Positions 29,527 to 39,830 of a stretch of DNA of 59,529 nt are shown in pieces. Location: contig JAEWNB010000061.1 of the NCBI GenBank assembly GCA_023392945.1, forward strand, positions 1 to 59,529, in the 5' to 3' direction. Source of the DNA: Bacteroidota bacterium (GTDB lineage Bacteria > Bacteroidota > Bacteroidia > Bacteroidales > WCHB1-69). The position numbers and the translations under genes are program-made. Under the pieces are notes generated by a model. It saw nothing but the letters and a program-made list of their open reading frames with translations. It ran no database searches and had not been told where the DNA came from. The stretch's first letter is position 1. Every line of letters starts with the position of its first letter.

Positions 29527-29986
29527 TTAAAATCTCAAATTGTATTTTGCCTGCCGGAACATCCACCGTAATCTTATCTCCTTTTGTTTTACCTAATAAT
29601 GCACTTGCAATAGGCGATGTGACAGATATTTTGCCAAGTTTTATGTCAGCTTCAGATTCAGGAACTATAGTATAGCTCATTTCAATCTTATTAGAAATAT
29701 TTTTAATTTTAACAATAGAATAAAGCAAAATCTTAGAAGTGTCAATTTTGGTTTCATCTAAAACTCTTGCATTTGCAATTAAGTTTTTCAATTTGGATAT
29801 TTTAAGTTCAAGAAGACCTTGTGCCTCTTTAGCGGCATCATATTCTGCATTTTCCGAAAGATCACCTTTATCTCTGGCTTCAGCAATTGCTGCTGAAATT
29901 TTTGGTCTTTCAACGGATTCAAGTTCTAACAACTCTTGTCTTAAAGTTTCTAAACCTTCTTTTGAATAGTATTTAATTTTGTTCAT
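29513..29986 (-). CDS. greA: Transcription elongation factor GreA
   Basis: 157 aa. GDLSENAEYDAAKE motif. C-terminal FKBP-like domain. Confidence 0.95.
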   Translation of the reverse strand: MNKIKYYSKEGLETLRQELLELESVERPKISAAIAEARDKGDLSENAEYDAAKEAQGLLELKISKLKNLIANARVLDETKIDTSKILLYSIVKIKNISNKIEMSYTIVPESEADIKLGKISVTSPIASALLGKTKGDKITVDVPAGKIQFEILNVSR

Positions 29987-30011
29987 AATTTCTATTGTTT
30001 GAATAACAATG

Positions 30012-30036
30012 AAAATTAAAGAGGCCCAAAAGCCTC
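30012..30036 (-). terminator. Probable rho-independent terminator after the PorV-like gene
   Basis: On the minus strand: GAGGC, TTTTGG loop, GCCTC, then TTTAATTTT. Confidence 0.5.
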
Positions 30037-30070
30037 CTTAATTTATTATTTTAAAAGGATTATATGGTTT

Positions 30071-31228
30071 CTAGAGTGCTACTTTTAAACTAATATAATG
30101 GTTCCCTTTCCATTTATTTGTAAACCTATATGCATAATCTAAAATTAATTTCTGATTTCCCTTGTTCTTTTTTGCAAGAGGAATACCAAGAGAAACTCCG
30201 GCGCAAGGTCCAGCATACCATGTTGTGCTGGTTTTAGCATTCCACATACCTCCCTCAATAGTATATCCGGCGCGAATCATAAAAATATCCATAAGACTAT
30301 ATTCAATTCCCAAAGCGAATAAGTCTCTGGAGTAAGAATTTGCGGTGAAAGAACCGGCCAATGTTAATCTGTTTGTTGCATCATTTCGGGTGAGTCCCTC
30401 GTCAATTCTATCTTCTTTGCTCATAGTCTTATATTCTTTTCCCCAAAAAAGGAAGTCATAGGAAATACCGATTGTAAGTAATGATGGCATTTCGAATTGA
30501 GCAGAACGTTGTTCCAAAGTTAATTCATGATCTGTAGCGTTAACAATTCCTCTTAAAGAATAACCATCACCGGCATAACGCATAGGAAGACCTATGTTTT
30601 TCATGGTAACTCCAATTTTGAAATTTTCGTAAGGACCGGAAAGATACTGAACACCGGCATCAATTGCAAAACCTGTAGAACTAAGGTCTGCAATACTTTC
30701 ATTAATTAATTTAAATGATACACCGCCATGGATATATTTATTAAATGATTTGGCATAATGCAAGCCAATATAGAGTAGATTAGGAGAAAAATTTCCCATA
30801 TTACCTTCAGGTTGGGGTACCGTTGTAATTTCAATATCTCCAAAGCCCATTGAGAATACAGAGATGCCTAATACACCAAAATTTTTGATAATTCTTCCTG
30901 TTTCTTTATCTTTTTTGGTAAGTGATTGAGCAAGTGCAAAAGAATTAATAGAAATTCCGGAGCCAACCAAATATTGAGTTCTTGAAAATCCAAATTCAGT
31001 TTTTTTAGTAAAAGCCATTCCGGCTACATTAGAGTATATTGATTCTAATCCACGAATTTCAGCAACTCCTGCAGTTCCCCATCCATTGGATCTTGCCCAG
31101 GGGTCAATCAGTAAATGTTGTGCACCTGCTTGGCCTGAACGGTCTTTATTTCCTGCAAATACTTGAGTACTTACAGATAATATTCCCATTAAAGCGATAA
31201 TTATTAATGTTTTATATGTTTTATTCAT
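30071..31228 (-). CDS. PorV/PorQ (FadL-like) family outer-membrane beta-barrel
   Basis: Signal peptide, then GQAGAQHLLIDPWARSNGWGTAGVAE...SNVAGMAF. This resembles the conserved N-terminal motif of PorV/PorQ family barrels. Alternating beta-strand pattern throughout. Confidence 0.6.
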   Translation of the reverse strand: MNKTYKTLIIIALMGILSVSTQVFAGNKDRSGQAGAQHLLIDPWARSNGWGTAGVAEIRGLESIYSNVAGMAFTKKTEFGFSRTQYLVGSGISINSFALAQSLTKKDKETGRIIKNFGVLGISVFSMGFGDIEITTVPQPEGNMGNFSPNLLYIGLHYAKSFNKYIHGGVSFKLINESIADLSSTGFAIDAGVQYLSGPYENFKIGVTMKNIGLPMRYAGDGYSLRGIVNATDHELTLEQRSAQFEMPSLLTIGISYDFLFWGKEYKTMSKEDRIDEGLTRNDATNRLTLAGSFTANSYSRDLFALGIEYSLMDIFMIRAGYTIEGGMWNAKTSTTWYAGPCAGVSLGIPLAKKNKGNQKLILDYAYRFTNKWKGNHYISLKVAL

Positions 31229-31263
31229 AGTCGTATAATATTAAAATTCACAAATTAATAATG

Positions 31264-34200
31264 TTAAAATGCATTTAAGTCAACAGGACGCATTGCACAG
31301 AAGAATTTTAAGGTTCTTTCTCCAATGCCGGGAGCTTTTACATGGATTATGTATACACCACTTGCAATAGGAATTCCGGCATTATTTTTAAGATCCCAAT
31401 TTACATATGTAGACCCACTATCTCCTTTTGAAATAGTTTTCACCAAAAGTCCACCTACCGTAAAGATAGATATAGAACAATTCTCAGGTAAATTTACAAT
31501 TTTAATATAATTTTCCAATGCAGTCGATTCATACATTGAAAAACCATAATATGGATTTGGAACTACATTTATCTCATCAAGTATACTCTGATGTGTAGAT
31601 TCGGCATTAGTAGTTGGAGCAATATTTTTGGTTGTAAAAGTATACATTGGGAATCCATTATTTTGAGAAGCGTTTGGAGCAGTAGAAGGGTTGTCAAACC
31701 AACGGGAAGAATATCTCATATAGGGACGGGAAACACGAAGTTTGACAACAGCTTGATTTGAGAGCCAGTTATCATTTTGACCGTATGCCGGCATAGGAAT
31801 ACTGGTCCACATAACATTATTAAATAGTTGCATTTTAAACTGATGAATAATGCTATTGCCATATGAAGAATTATCCACAAACTGAGCAAACTTTGCCTTT
31901 AACCATGAACATTCATCATACGGACCACATTCATAATAAGGATAGTCTTTTCCACCAAAAGAGAATGATCCTCCTTGAAAAATTCCATTGCTTTGGAAAG
32001 TTTGATAGCTGTCATTGTAGTTACGTTTTCTGTCAAAACCTCTGGCACTGTAAAAAATAGAATTTGTATTACCGCTACTTCCACAAACATATACAAAGTG
32101 TTTTCCACCCCATACTGGTTCAGTTGTTCCGTCAAAAATACTATTATAAGTTCCTGAATTAATAGGGTAAAGTGTGTCAATGCCTTCATCTTCATTTATG
32201 TAATGAAAATATGCATAAACATCAGTAGGATTAAAGAGCATATCATTTCCATTATTTCTTGTATCAGATGAGTTTTCTGAAAACATAACATTAAGACGTT
32301 CTCCTGTTTCCACATTGATTGCGTAACCCGGGAACCAACCCATACCTTCACCTGTTCCGTCAGGATTTCCATCTTTATCAACTGAAGCATGTTTTCTTGG
32401 CTCATGTTTCAATGCACCACCTTCTGAAAGACTTTCATCATCACAAGCTTCAAGAACAATACAACGTGTCCATTTACTCTTATCGGGAGTAAAAACAATG
32501 TCAACAGAATAAATGTTGGTCATTGTCTGATTAAATCCCGGACAATAAGGAATTGCACTCAACAATGTGAAGTCGTAATAAGGTTCTTCCGGTTGTGTTC
32601 CAGGAATGGTGTCAGGTTTTATATATTTTGCCTGAGGTCCGCCATTATAAGGAGATGACAAAACATAAGGAGCCCAGGTTCCTCCAATAGCGTCTTCAAA
32701 TTGTCCTTTGGGATCTTTCCATCCTCTGGATTGCCAGCTGTCATTAAGTGTACCTGCAGCCATTAATATGAAGAAATCTTCGGTCTTCCATAGAGTATAA
32801 TCATCTCTTACTCCTTCTCCTGCATCTAATCCTTGCCATTGACCGGAGTTTTGTTGTCCTGAACGAATCCAGTTATTAGGAAAATCTCCTTCACCATCTT
32901 CAACTCCGCCCAACCATGGTTTGCTATTGTCTGCATATTCTATGCTGGAACCGATGAAATCAACTTGTGCATATTTTGAAATGTTAACATAATTTAATCC
33001 TGTGGACGTTGATTCTACCCAATCCAGTAATTCTTTTTGATGAATTTTAAATCCATAATTTTTAATAGATATAGAAATACCAAGAGGAAGAATTAATTGT
33101 TCATTAGTCATGTCAATACTCATTTTAGAATTGATTATTCTAATAGGATTGTTATCTTCATCGACTAAATTCATACTGATAAGTTCTTCGTCAGTAACAT
33201 CCAATATTTCAAGTTGCCAATTAGTAGAATCAGTAACATCTTCGGCATTTTCTAAAAATTTAATAGAATAGTCAAAAGGTTTAACTTTTAATGGATCAAT
33301 AACTTTAATACCTAGTGGACCATAATTATTTTTATATTGGATTTCATTAATAGCCCATGTGGGTTGTCCGTAATCGTCGAGCTCTCCACCGGACATGATT
33401 TTATCTCTTGATTCGTCAGTCATGTCAAGAAAATAACCTCCGTTGCCTTGTCCTTCAATTCTGGTAATCATGGGTTGTGTACCATATGCTGAATTTAGAA
33501 CAGTTCCTTCATTTTGAGGAGTAGTTTTGTGAGGTATTCCGGAATATACTTTTATATTCTTTCTACCGGCAAGAAATACTTTTTGCTGTCCTGCTAAGCC
33601 TTCAACACCATTTGTGATAGAATAAGGTGCAAATTCATTATAGGCATACGCAATAACCATATAATAGTATGTTTTATGATTTACTAATTCAGTTGCAGTT
33701 GTGGCAAATTTATCTTCGGTTAGTTTAAGTGAGTGATAAACTCCATTATTGGAACCATTTACCATTTCTGTTGCAACTGAAGTAGAAACAGCATCATTGT
33801 AAACCCAGTTAACTAATTGTCCCACACCGCTTCCGTCAGGTCTGTAATTCTCAATATCACATTGACCAACCAACTTGGCTTTATCAGGATCATCAAGATC
33901 CGTTACACTAATACTTTTACTTTTCAATTGATAAATCATATATCCTTCAAAGCGATATTTTCTGTCATTTGGAATTTTATCAATTTCAGTGACTGATCTT
34001 GTATAGGTAATGATTGTATCATGACCATCTATTGTGGCATGTATTGTATCAGTTACATTATAAGAGGTTTCAACTTCTCTGAATTCAGCAATTTGATTGT
34101 CAAATTCTTCATATTCTTCATTATAGTTATTGCTTAACTTGTCATCATTAGAGATGAAAAGGATAAGTTCGTTTTCAAGTTCGCGAATGGTAATGTCTGG

Positions 34201-35982
34201 TGCATCGGGTCCATCCAGTACTTTAAAGCAGTTTTCAAAAAGCGATTGACATTTATCGTCAGCAATTTTCAAAAGTTCAACAGATGCCCAGGCACCTCCT
34301 TGTGAAGCACGTGCCCATGGAATACCGACAGTAATGTAGTTGACAGAACCGGCTTTCAGTGTGAAAGGTCCGGCAGATTGCATAAAACGACGGTCATAGG
34401 GAGCATTTCCAACATTAGCTTCTGTCCATCCTCCGTCACCGTATTGGGATTCGTTAGGATCAACACCTGCAGTTCCCCAATTACAAGGGTCTGTTGTTCC
34501 GGGGAACATAAAATCACATTCAGGACCGGAGGCTCCGTTCGATGGATGTGCATTTGCACCATATCTCATTCGTTGATTATCTCTCCAAATACCTTGTAAC
34601 ATATTATAATAATCAATAGCTACATCCGGGTCTCCTGTAGGAGAGTTATCATTGTTGTGGTAAACAAATCTTCTCATTCCGAAACGTTCATTGTCAACAA
34701 TGCCATCTCCAAAGTTAACTCCGTTGATTGCCATTTGGTCAACACCAAATTCACTATCCAAATAACGATCACAATATCCGTTTACAATTGCAGAATCTTT
34801 GAAAAATTTAGGATTGTCTCTGCCATCATCGTCGATATAAGGTCCTTGAAAAAAGTCAACTCCAACAGCAGGTGGTTGAGAACTATATGCCCAAGTTTGA
34901 CCTGTACCGTCAACATCGTAGCCGTTGTAACAATACCCCAATCCTCTGGCTACATCACAACCGACATAGTCATCATTGGCATAACCCAAATCAGGGTCTA
35001 CCCATTGAGAGAAAAAAGTATTGGTTAATTCATAAGTGGATCTGTTGATGATTTCATAAGAATAGAAAGTCATGTTGTTTAGATCGTCATTGGTAGCAAA
35101 ACCAAATGCTTGTCCACGAATTTCAAGACCGATAGGTTCTCCTTCTGATTCGGTATGAGCACCTCCTTTATCATTGAAAATCCAATAGAGTGTCTCATCC
35201 CCTTTAAGGACGTGGTCAGCATAGATCATTCCGGTGGTTACACCGGAAGCTTCTTCAGGAGTAATCGGGAGCATTCCTGCAGCAGCTAAAGCCCTATTTG
35301 CCTCAGTCCAGGGACATAAATCATTGTCAAGGTCATAATAAGGATAATCACCCTGATCCGGATTGTATTCACCGTCTTCACCTAAATCCTTAAATGGAGC
35401 CAGATATTTGGATTGTCCTTTAGAAACATCACCATGGGCAGGCCAGTTGGTTATAATGGAAGGAGTGACATATTCAGGATCAATCAAAGTTCCGTTTTCG
35501 TCGAAAGCAGCGATATGAGCTTCTACCTGAGCACGTGTAATTTTAAAATGTTTATCATATTGACTGCAAGTTTCCTGATCTACAGATGCGCCTACAACTG
35601 TAAGTGGACCTGTCCAAAAATCATCTCCTTTTTGGCGAAAACGGACAGCAGCCAATTTTAATTGTTGATTAATATCTCTTCCTCCAATCCATAAGGCAGC
35701 GCAAAACATTGAAGTCATTCCGGAACCAACAGGCACTTCATATTCAGCAACTTCTCTAAACCACATAGTACCGTTGGTTTCCAAATATGCTCTAACATTA
35801 TTAATGGTCAGTTCATTTGAATTGGTAGCGGGAAGGCAGGAGGCATTTGCTTTTTGCTTTTTGGAAATTTGAACACTTCTTGATCTTTCTGCCATCACTG
35901 ACGAGGAAGCAAGGAGTGTGAAAATTCCAACTAAAATTAAAATTTTGTTTATATTCTTCATGTCTCTATTTATTTTTTTCAT
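31264..35982 (-). CDS. Very large (1572 aa) secreted protein with T9SS type-A C-terminal sorting domain, function unknown
   Basis: Signal peptide (ILILVGIFTLLASSSVMA). C-terminal VVPNPY...ISIFTVGGLLVKTI...WDLKNNAGIPIASGVYIIHVKA pattern of the Por secretion tail. No catalytic motif recognised in the other roughly 1450 aa. Confidence 0.8.
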   Translation of the reverse strand: MKKINRDMKNINKILILVGIFTLLASSSVMAERSRSVQISKKQKANASCLPATNSNELTINNVRAYLETNGTMWFREVAEYEVPVGSGMTSMFCAALWIGGRDINQQLKLAAVRFRQKGDDFWTGPLTVVGASVDQETCSQYDKHFKITRAQVEAHIAAFDENGTLIDPEYVTPSIITNWPAHGDVSKGQSKYLAPFKDLGEDGEYNPDQGDYPYYDLDNDLCPWTEANRALAAAGMLPITPEEASGVTTGMIYADHVLKGDETLYWIFNDKGGAHTESEGEPIGLEIRGQAFGFATNDDLNNMTFYSYEIINRSTYELTNTFFSQWVDPDLGYANDDYVGCDVARGLGYCYNGYDVDGTGQTWAYSSQPPAVGVDFFQGPYIDDDGRDNPKFFKDSAIVNGYCDRYLDSEFGVDQMAINGVNFGDGIVDNERFGMRRFVYHNNDNSPTGDPDVAIDYYNMLQGIWRDNQRMRYGANAHPSNGASGPECDFMFPGTTDPCNWGTAGVDPNESQYGDGGWTEANVGNAPYDRRFMQSAGPFTLKAGSVNYITVGIPWARASQGGAWASVELLKIADDKCQSLFENCFKVLDGPDAPDITIRELENELILFISNDDKLSNNYNEEYEEFDNQIAEFREVETSYNVTDTIHATIDGHDTIITYTRSVTEIDKIPNDRKYRFEGYMIYQLKSKSISVTDLDDPDKAKLVGQCDIENYRPDGSGVGQLVNWVYNDAVSTSVATEMVNGSNNGVYHSLKLTEDKFATTATELVNHKTYYYMVIAYAYNEFAPYSITNGVEGLAGQQKVFLAGRKNIKVYSGIPHKTTPQNEGTVLNSAYGTQPMITRIEGQGNGGYFLDMTDESRDKIMSGGELDDYGQPTWAINEIQYKNNYGPLGIKVIDPLKVKPFDYSIKFLENAEDVTDSTNWQLEILDVTDEELISMNLVDEDNNPIRIINSKMSIDMTNEQLILPLGISISIKNYGFKIHQKELLDWVESTSTGLNYVNISKYAQVDFIGSSIEYADNSKPWLGGVEDGEGDFPNNWIRSGQQNSGQWQGLDAGEGVRDDYTLWKTEDFFILMAAGTLNDSWQSRGWKDPKGQFEDAIGGTWAPYVLSSPYNGGPQAKYIKPDTIPGTQPEEPYYDFTLLSAIPYCPGFNQTMTNIYSVDIVFTPDKSKWTRCIVLEACDDESLSEGGALKHEPRKHASVDKDGNPDGTGEGMGWFPGYAINVETGERLNVMFSENSSDTRNNGNDMLFNPTDVYAYFHYINEDEGIDTLYPINSGTYNSIFDGTTEPVWGGKHFVYVCGSSGNTNSIFYSARGFDRKRNYNDSYQTFQSNGIFQGGSFSFGGKDYPYYECGPYDECSWLKAKFAQFVDNSSYGNSIIHQFKMQLFNNVMWTSIPMPAYGQNDNWLSNQAVVKLRVSRPYMRYSSRWFDNPSTAPNASQNNGFPMYTFTTKNIAPTTNAESTHQSILDEINVVPNPYYGFSMYESTALENYIKIVNLPENCSISIFTVGGLLVKTISKGDSGSTYVNWDLKNNAGIPIASGVYIIHVKAPGIGERTLKFFCAMRPVDLNAF

Positions 35983-35997
35983 TATTACTTCATTATA

Positions 35998-38900
35998 TTA
36001 AAAACCAAATTGAAGTCCTAAACTAACCCGTGCAGGTGTGCTGTAGTTATAAGGATTTTGCATTATCATATTGTAATAGTTAATGTAGGAAGGCACATAT
36101 ATCTGTGAATTAATTTGTTGTTGATACTCAGTAGCTGAAAGGTATCCATCATCATCAGGATTTCCTGTGTATGTATATACAGATATAATGTTTTTAAAAT
36201 TAAAAATATTAGTAATATCTAAATAGACAAGCAGATAAGCATTTTTAGAATTTCTTTGTTTTCCTTCTTTGTCTTTAGAATTTAAATTAAACATAAAAGT
36301 TTTATCAATACGTATGTCGCATTGGAAAGTCCATGGTTTATGAGAACCATTTATAGATCCTGAAAGTTGAGAAGCAGTTCCTGTAACATAGGTTGAGTAA
36401 GGTGTACTTGAGCGACTGTATGGGAGACCTGAAGCTGCGGATAATAAAAGAGTTATTCCGGTATTTTCAAGCCATCTGATTTCTTTAACTTTATTAGTCC
36501 CCTTTTTAGAATATTGAGTTTTGGGACCGTTATAGTCGGCACCTCCCTCAAAACGGTAGTCAAGGTTGGCACTAATACGATGTCTTTGGTCAAAAGAAAG
36601 ATTATTTAATGTTCTTAAATTAGGTTGACCGGAAGCAATGATGGCGAGGTTTGAAGAAGCCGAGGATCCGGTTCCTTTTGCAAATTGCAAAGTATAACCT
36701 GCACGAAGGGAAACATTTTTTATTCTTCTCAAATCATAGCTTAAAGAGAAGCCCTGAACTGTTCCAAAGTCAAGATTAGCATATGAGTAATAAGTACTTG
36801 GATATGAACCGGAATAACGGTATGCCTGAATCTGATCACGTTTTTCAGAATAATAAGCAGTAATTCCAATAGCCGATTTATCACTTACTTTTTGAGTAAA
36901 ACTAACCTCATAGTCAATACTTTTTTGAGGTTTAAGGTTAGGATTGTTAACGATATTATTTGCATTAGTCCCGAATTTTTCTATAAATAGATAATCGATA
37001 GGACTTAATTGCAAGTTAGTAGGACGGGAAGTGATAATGTTATAGTGAGCAGTAAATACTGAGTTATCTGATACAGGAAATGAAAATGAAACACGTGGCA
37101 TGATAGACCATTGTGGTTTATAATCTTCAAAAGCACTTGGGTCAACTTTTGAAATTGCGCTCTGTTCAAGAGCATCTACTAGGATTGGACCACCATTAGC
37201 ACCCAACATGTTTTCAGGATCGACTATTTCTTGGCCCTGACTATCATACCAAGTATTTCCGTTTCGATAACCGATAATAGTAGTATTGTCTAAATCAAGT
37301 GTACCATCTTTTTGGTTTACATAAACTACCCAGTCGTCTCCTGCGTTATTAGTAAAATATTGATTCTTCGAATAGCCTTTGCCAATTAAATCCCCAACAG
37401 TGTAAGCTGCACGGAATAAGTAAGGGTCAGACAATACAGATTGATTTGCATCGAAACGGTCAATACGTACACCAATATTGAACAATAAACTCTGAATAGA
37501 GAATTTGTCCTGTAAGTATAAAGCCATATAAATAGGCTCATAAGCTCCAATATTGTAAGTCTTATTACCATTTTCATCTGTAGAGTTGAAAAAGTCGTAA
37601 ATCGTAGTTTTTTTATTGTATTTTTGAGTTCCTGTATAATCATAACCATAATAATTTACCAAAGAACTGCTGAGTCCAACCAATAATTCTTCGGCTGAGA
37701 ACATGCTTAAATCATAAGTTTCAGGAGAAAGATTATCAATGTCAATCCAGTCGCTGCCATTAGGATCCAATCCCAGTGAAGTACGCAAATTTCTATCGAA
37801 GGAAGTTTGCTCATCCAAATTGATTAAATTATTGTAATCAACAGTATCTCCATGAATGATCGGATTGTCAACATCAAGTTCATTGATATGGAAGTTGGCT
37901 TTTTGTCTCATCATTGTCCAAAGTGGTGTTGGATTAACTGAGAAACCACGACTTGTAAGCTTTTCAAATTCATAACCTAATTTAAATTCATGATCTTTTA
38001 GATTAACAGATAAACTTGCTTTTGCTCCTAAAGAAGTTAATTCGGATTTGCTATAACCATCGGTAATTGCACCGGGCATATAAAATAGGCTATAAACACG
38101 GTCAGGCTGGTCTCCGTTTCTCAAAGCTCCGAATTGAGAATATAAAGTCAAGTTATAAGGTACTGTATATCCGTAATAGTCATTAATTATTTCAGGAGTG
38201 AACTGATCAACAAAATTCTGAGTATAGTAAATTAAGTCCGGATTAGAGCTTCCAGTTGCATCAAAAGTAACTAACGAATCATAGATGTTAGTTAATACAT
38301 TCATACCAATATAGTCAATAGAATCGATTTGAATATCCTGTAATTCATAAAATTTAGCTTTTGTAGTTTTAAAATATCCAATATGACCATAATTAAACAA
38401 GTTATCTTTATGTCTTGCATCCTGAGTTAATGAATTAAACTTAGTATAATTAATGTTAATATCATACATGATATTTTTAAAGATTGCGGTATCACTTGGA
38501 TTGGTATAAACTCTATGATTGATTCTGGCATTCAATCGCATGGTAGAGTTTTGTGATTCAGAGTTGTTTTGTGCATTAAATAGTGCAGTTGATCTACCCC
38601 AGTTTTTAGCTTTTAAGAATTCATAAGACCCCCCCACGGATATTTTTACATTATGAGTTTTTCCTGTAAGAAAATCAAGTTTCCCCTGCAAAAGATAATT
38701 CCAGTAACCGGCATGATCTCTTACTCTTCTATTATAGAAAGCATCACTTTCAAGGTAACTGGCGCTTTGATACCATACGCCAAAAGCAATTGGGTCATAA
38801 CGAAGCGGGGTTTTAATCAAATAGTCAATGGTTTCATCGGTAGCACGCCAAGTTCCACCTTGTGCAGGTGAGTTATCGATATCATAAGAAATTTCACCTG

Positions 38901-39717
38901 TAAGTAAAAATCCAATTCTGGCAGGATCCTCGCGTTTTTTTCCTTTGAGGAGAGGCCCTGAAAGAGAAAGAGCTCCAAGGAAATTTCCATAGCCTTCAAG
39001 AGAGCCCCTTATTTCAGCAGCTCCGTGAAAATCTTTGGAAATACCTTTTGTTGTAATCACGGTAAAACTGGTTCCATCACCATATTCAGCAGGAATACCT
39101 CCCTGAATTAATTCGGCTTCTTCAATTGATTGCATGGAAACTCCACCATTACCTCTGACACGCACACCATCAATAATTGTTTGTTGTCCATCGGGACGAT
39201 TTCCGCGGACACTGGCAATGGCTCCATCTTGCATGGTAACACCTTCTACACTGGCAAGTGCAGCAGTAATGGAACGACCGGGGGTTCTTCGTAAGTCCTC
39301 ACCGGTAATAGTCACAGATTTTTTAGTTTCATCTTGATCAAAAACGGGCTTTTCCCATTTAATTTCCACTGCAGCAAGTTCTTGACCACAATTGATGGTC
39401 GCATGTTCCCACATTACAACATCAGGGGAGATGGAAATACCTGTTTTTTTGTATGTGTTTGAACAACCAAGAGGTCCGGTAATTTCAAGATCATATTTTC
39501 CGGCAGAAATACCGAACAGTTGGTATTCTCCCTTTTCATTAGTCATAGCATAATTCACAACTTTATCATCCTGTTTCAAATATACATTTGCATAGGCCAA
39601 GGCCGACTTAGTTTGATCTTTAACAGTTCCTTTTAAAGTACTTTGTTGTGAGTACGCAATTTCGCTGCAAAGGAAGATGATCCCAAGAGCAAATAGTAAC
39701 TTTTTAATCATAGCCAT
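35998..39717 (-). CDS. TonB-dependent-receptor-like outer-membrane barrel with N-terminal CarboxypepD_reg domain (1239 aa), no SusD partner
   Basis: Signal peptide. STLKGTVKD...YANVYL...GEYQL...GKYDLEI (CarboxypepD_reg-like), plug-like segment (ITGEDLRRTPGRSITAALASVEGV...VRGNR), long beta-strand region, terminal aromatic (LQFGF). Confidence 0.78.
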   Translation of the reverse strand: MAMIKKLLFALGIIFLCSEIAYSQQSTLKGTVKDQTKSALAYANVYLKQDDKVVNYAMTNEKGEYQLFGISAGKYDLEITGPLGCSNTYKKTGISISPDVVMWEHATINCGQELAAVEIKWEKPVFDQDETKKSVTITGEDLRRTPGRSITAALASVEGVTMQDGAIASVRGNRPDGQQTIIDGVRVRGNGGVSMQSIEEAELIQGGIPAEYGDGTSFTVITTKGISKDFHGAAEIRGSLEGYGNFLGALSLSGPLLKGKKREDPARIGFLLTGEISYDIDNSPAQGGTWRATDETIDYLIKTPLRYDPIAFGVWYQSASYLESDAFYNRRVRDHAGYWNYLLQGKLDFLTGKTHNVKISVGGSYEFLKAKNWGRSTALFNAQNNSESQNSTMRLNARINHRVYTNPSDTAIFKNIMYDININYTKFNSLTQDARHKDNLFNYGHIGYFKTTKAKFYELQDIQIDSIDYIGMNVLTNIYDSLVTFDATGSSNPDLIYYTQNFVDQFTPEIINDYYGYTVPYNLTLYSQFGALRNGDQPDRVYSLFYMPGAITDGYSKSELTSLGAKASLSVNLKDHEFKLGYEFEKLTSRGFSVNPTPLWTMMRQKANFHINELDVDNPIIHGDTVDYNNLINLDEQTSFDRNLRTSLGLDPNGSDWIDIDNLSPETYDLSMFSAEELLVGLSSSLVNYYGYDYTGTQKYNKKTTIYDFFNSTDENGNKTYNIGAYEPIYMALYLQDKFSIQSLLFNIGVRIDRFDANQSVLSDPYLFRAAYTVGDLIGKGYSKNQYFTNNAGDDWVVYVNQKDGTLDLDNTTIIGYRNGNTWYDSQGQEIVDPENMLGANGGPILVDALEQSAISKVDPSAFEDYKPQWSIMPRVSFSFPVSDNSVFTAHYNIITSRPTNLQLSPIDYLFIEKFGTNANNIVNNPNLKPQKSIDYEVSFTQKVSDKSAIGITAYYSEKRDQIQAYRYSGSYPSTYYSYANLDFGTVQGFSLSYDLRRIKNVSLRAGYTLQFAKGTGSSASSNLAIIASGQPNLRTLNNLSFDQRHRISANLDYRFEGGADYNGPKTQYSKKGTNKVKEIRWLENTGITLLLSAASGLPYSRSSTPYSTYVTGTASQLSGSINGSHKPWTFQCDIRIDKTFMFNLNSKDKEGKQRNSKNAYLLVYLDITNIFNFKNIISVYTYTGNPDDDGYLSATEYQQQINSQIYVPSYINYYNMIMQNPYNYSTPARVSLGLQFGF

Positions 39718-39741
39718 TTATTTATATTAAACATTATTATT

Positions 39742-39792
39742 TTGTCAGAAAATTCTGGGCGGTAAATTTATAAAAATAATTTGTTCTGACAA
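39742..39792. repeat. Perfect 9-bp inverted repeat TTGTCAGAA / TTCTGACAA separated by 33 bp, in the gap before the barrel gene
   Basis: Read directly. The arms are at 39742-39750 and 39784-39792. Confidence 0.8.
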
Positions 39793-39830
39793 TTTATTTT
39801 TTTTTGAAAGCCCAATATTTTTATAATATC

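Noticed and set aside
31264-35982. Possibility that the 1572-aa protein upstream of the PorV-like gene is the T9SS sortase PorU
   Set aside because: PorU carries a gingipain-like C25 domain with characteristic His (GHG-type) and Cys (TC-type) motifs. I found neither by eye, and the protein is larger than typical PorU. This is not conclusive without an HMM search, so it is stated as a refutation test in the finding.
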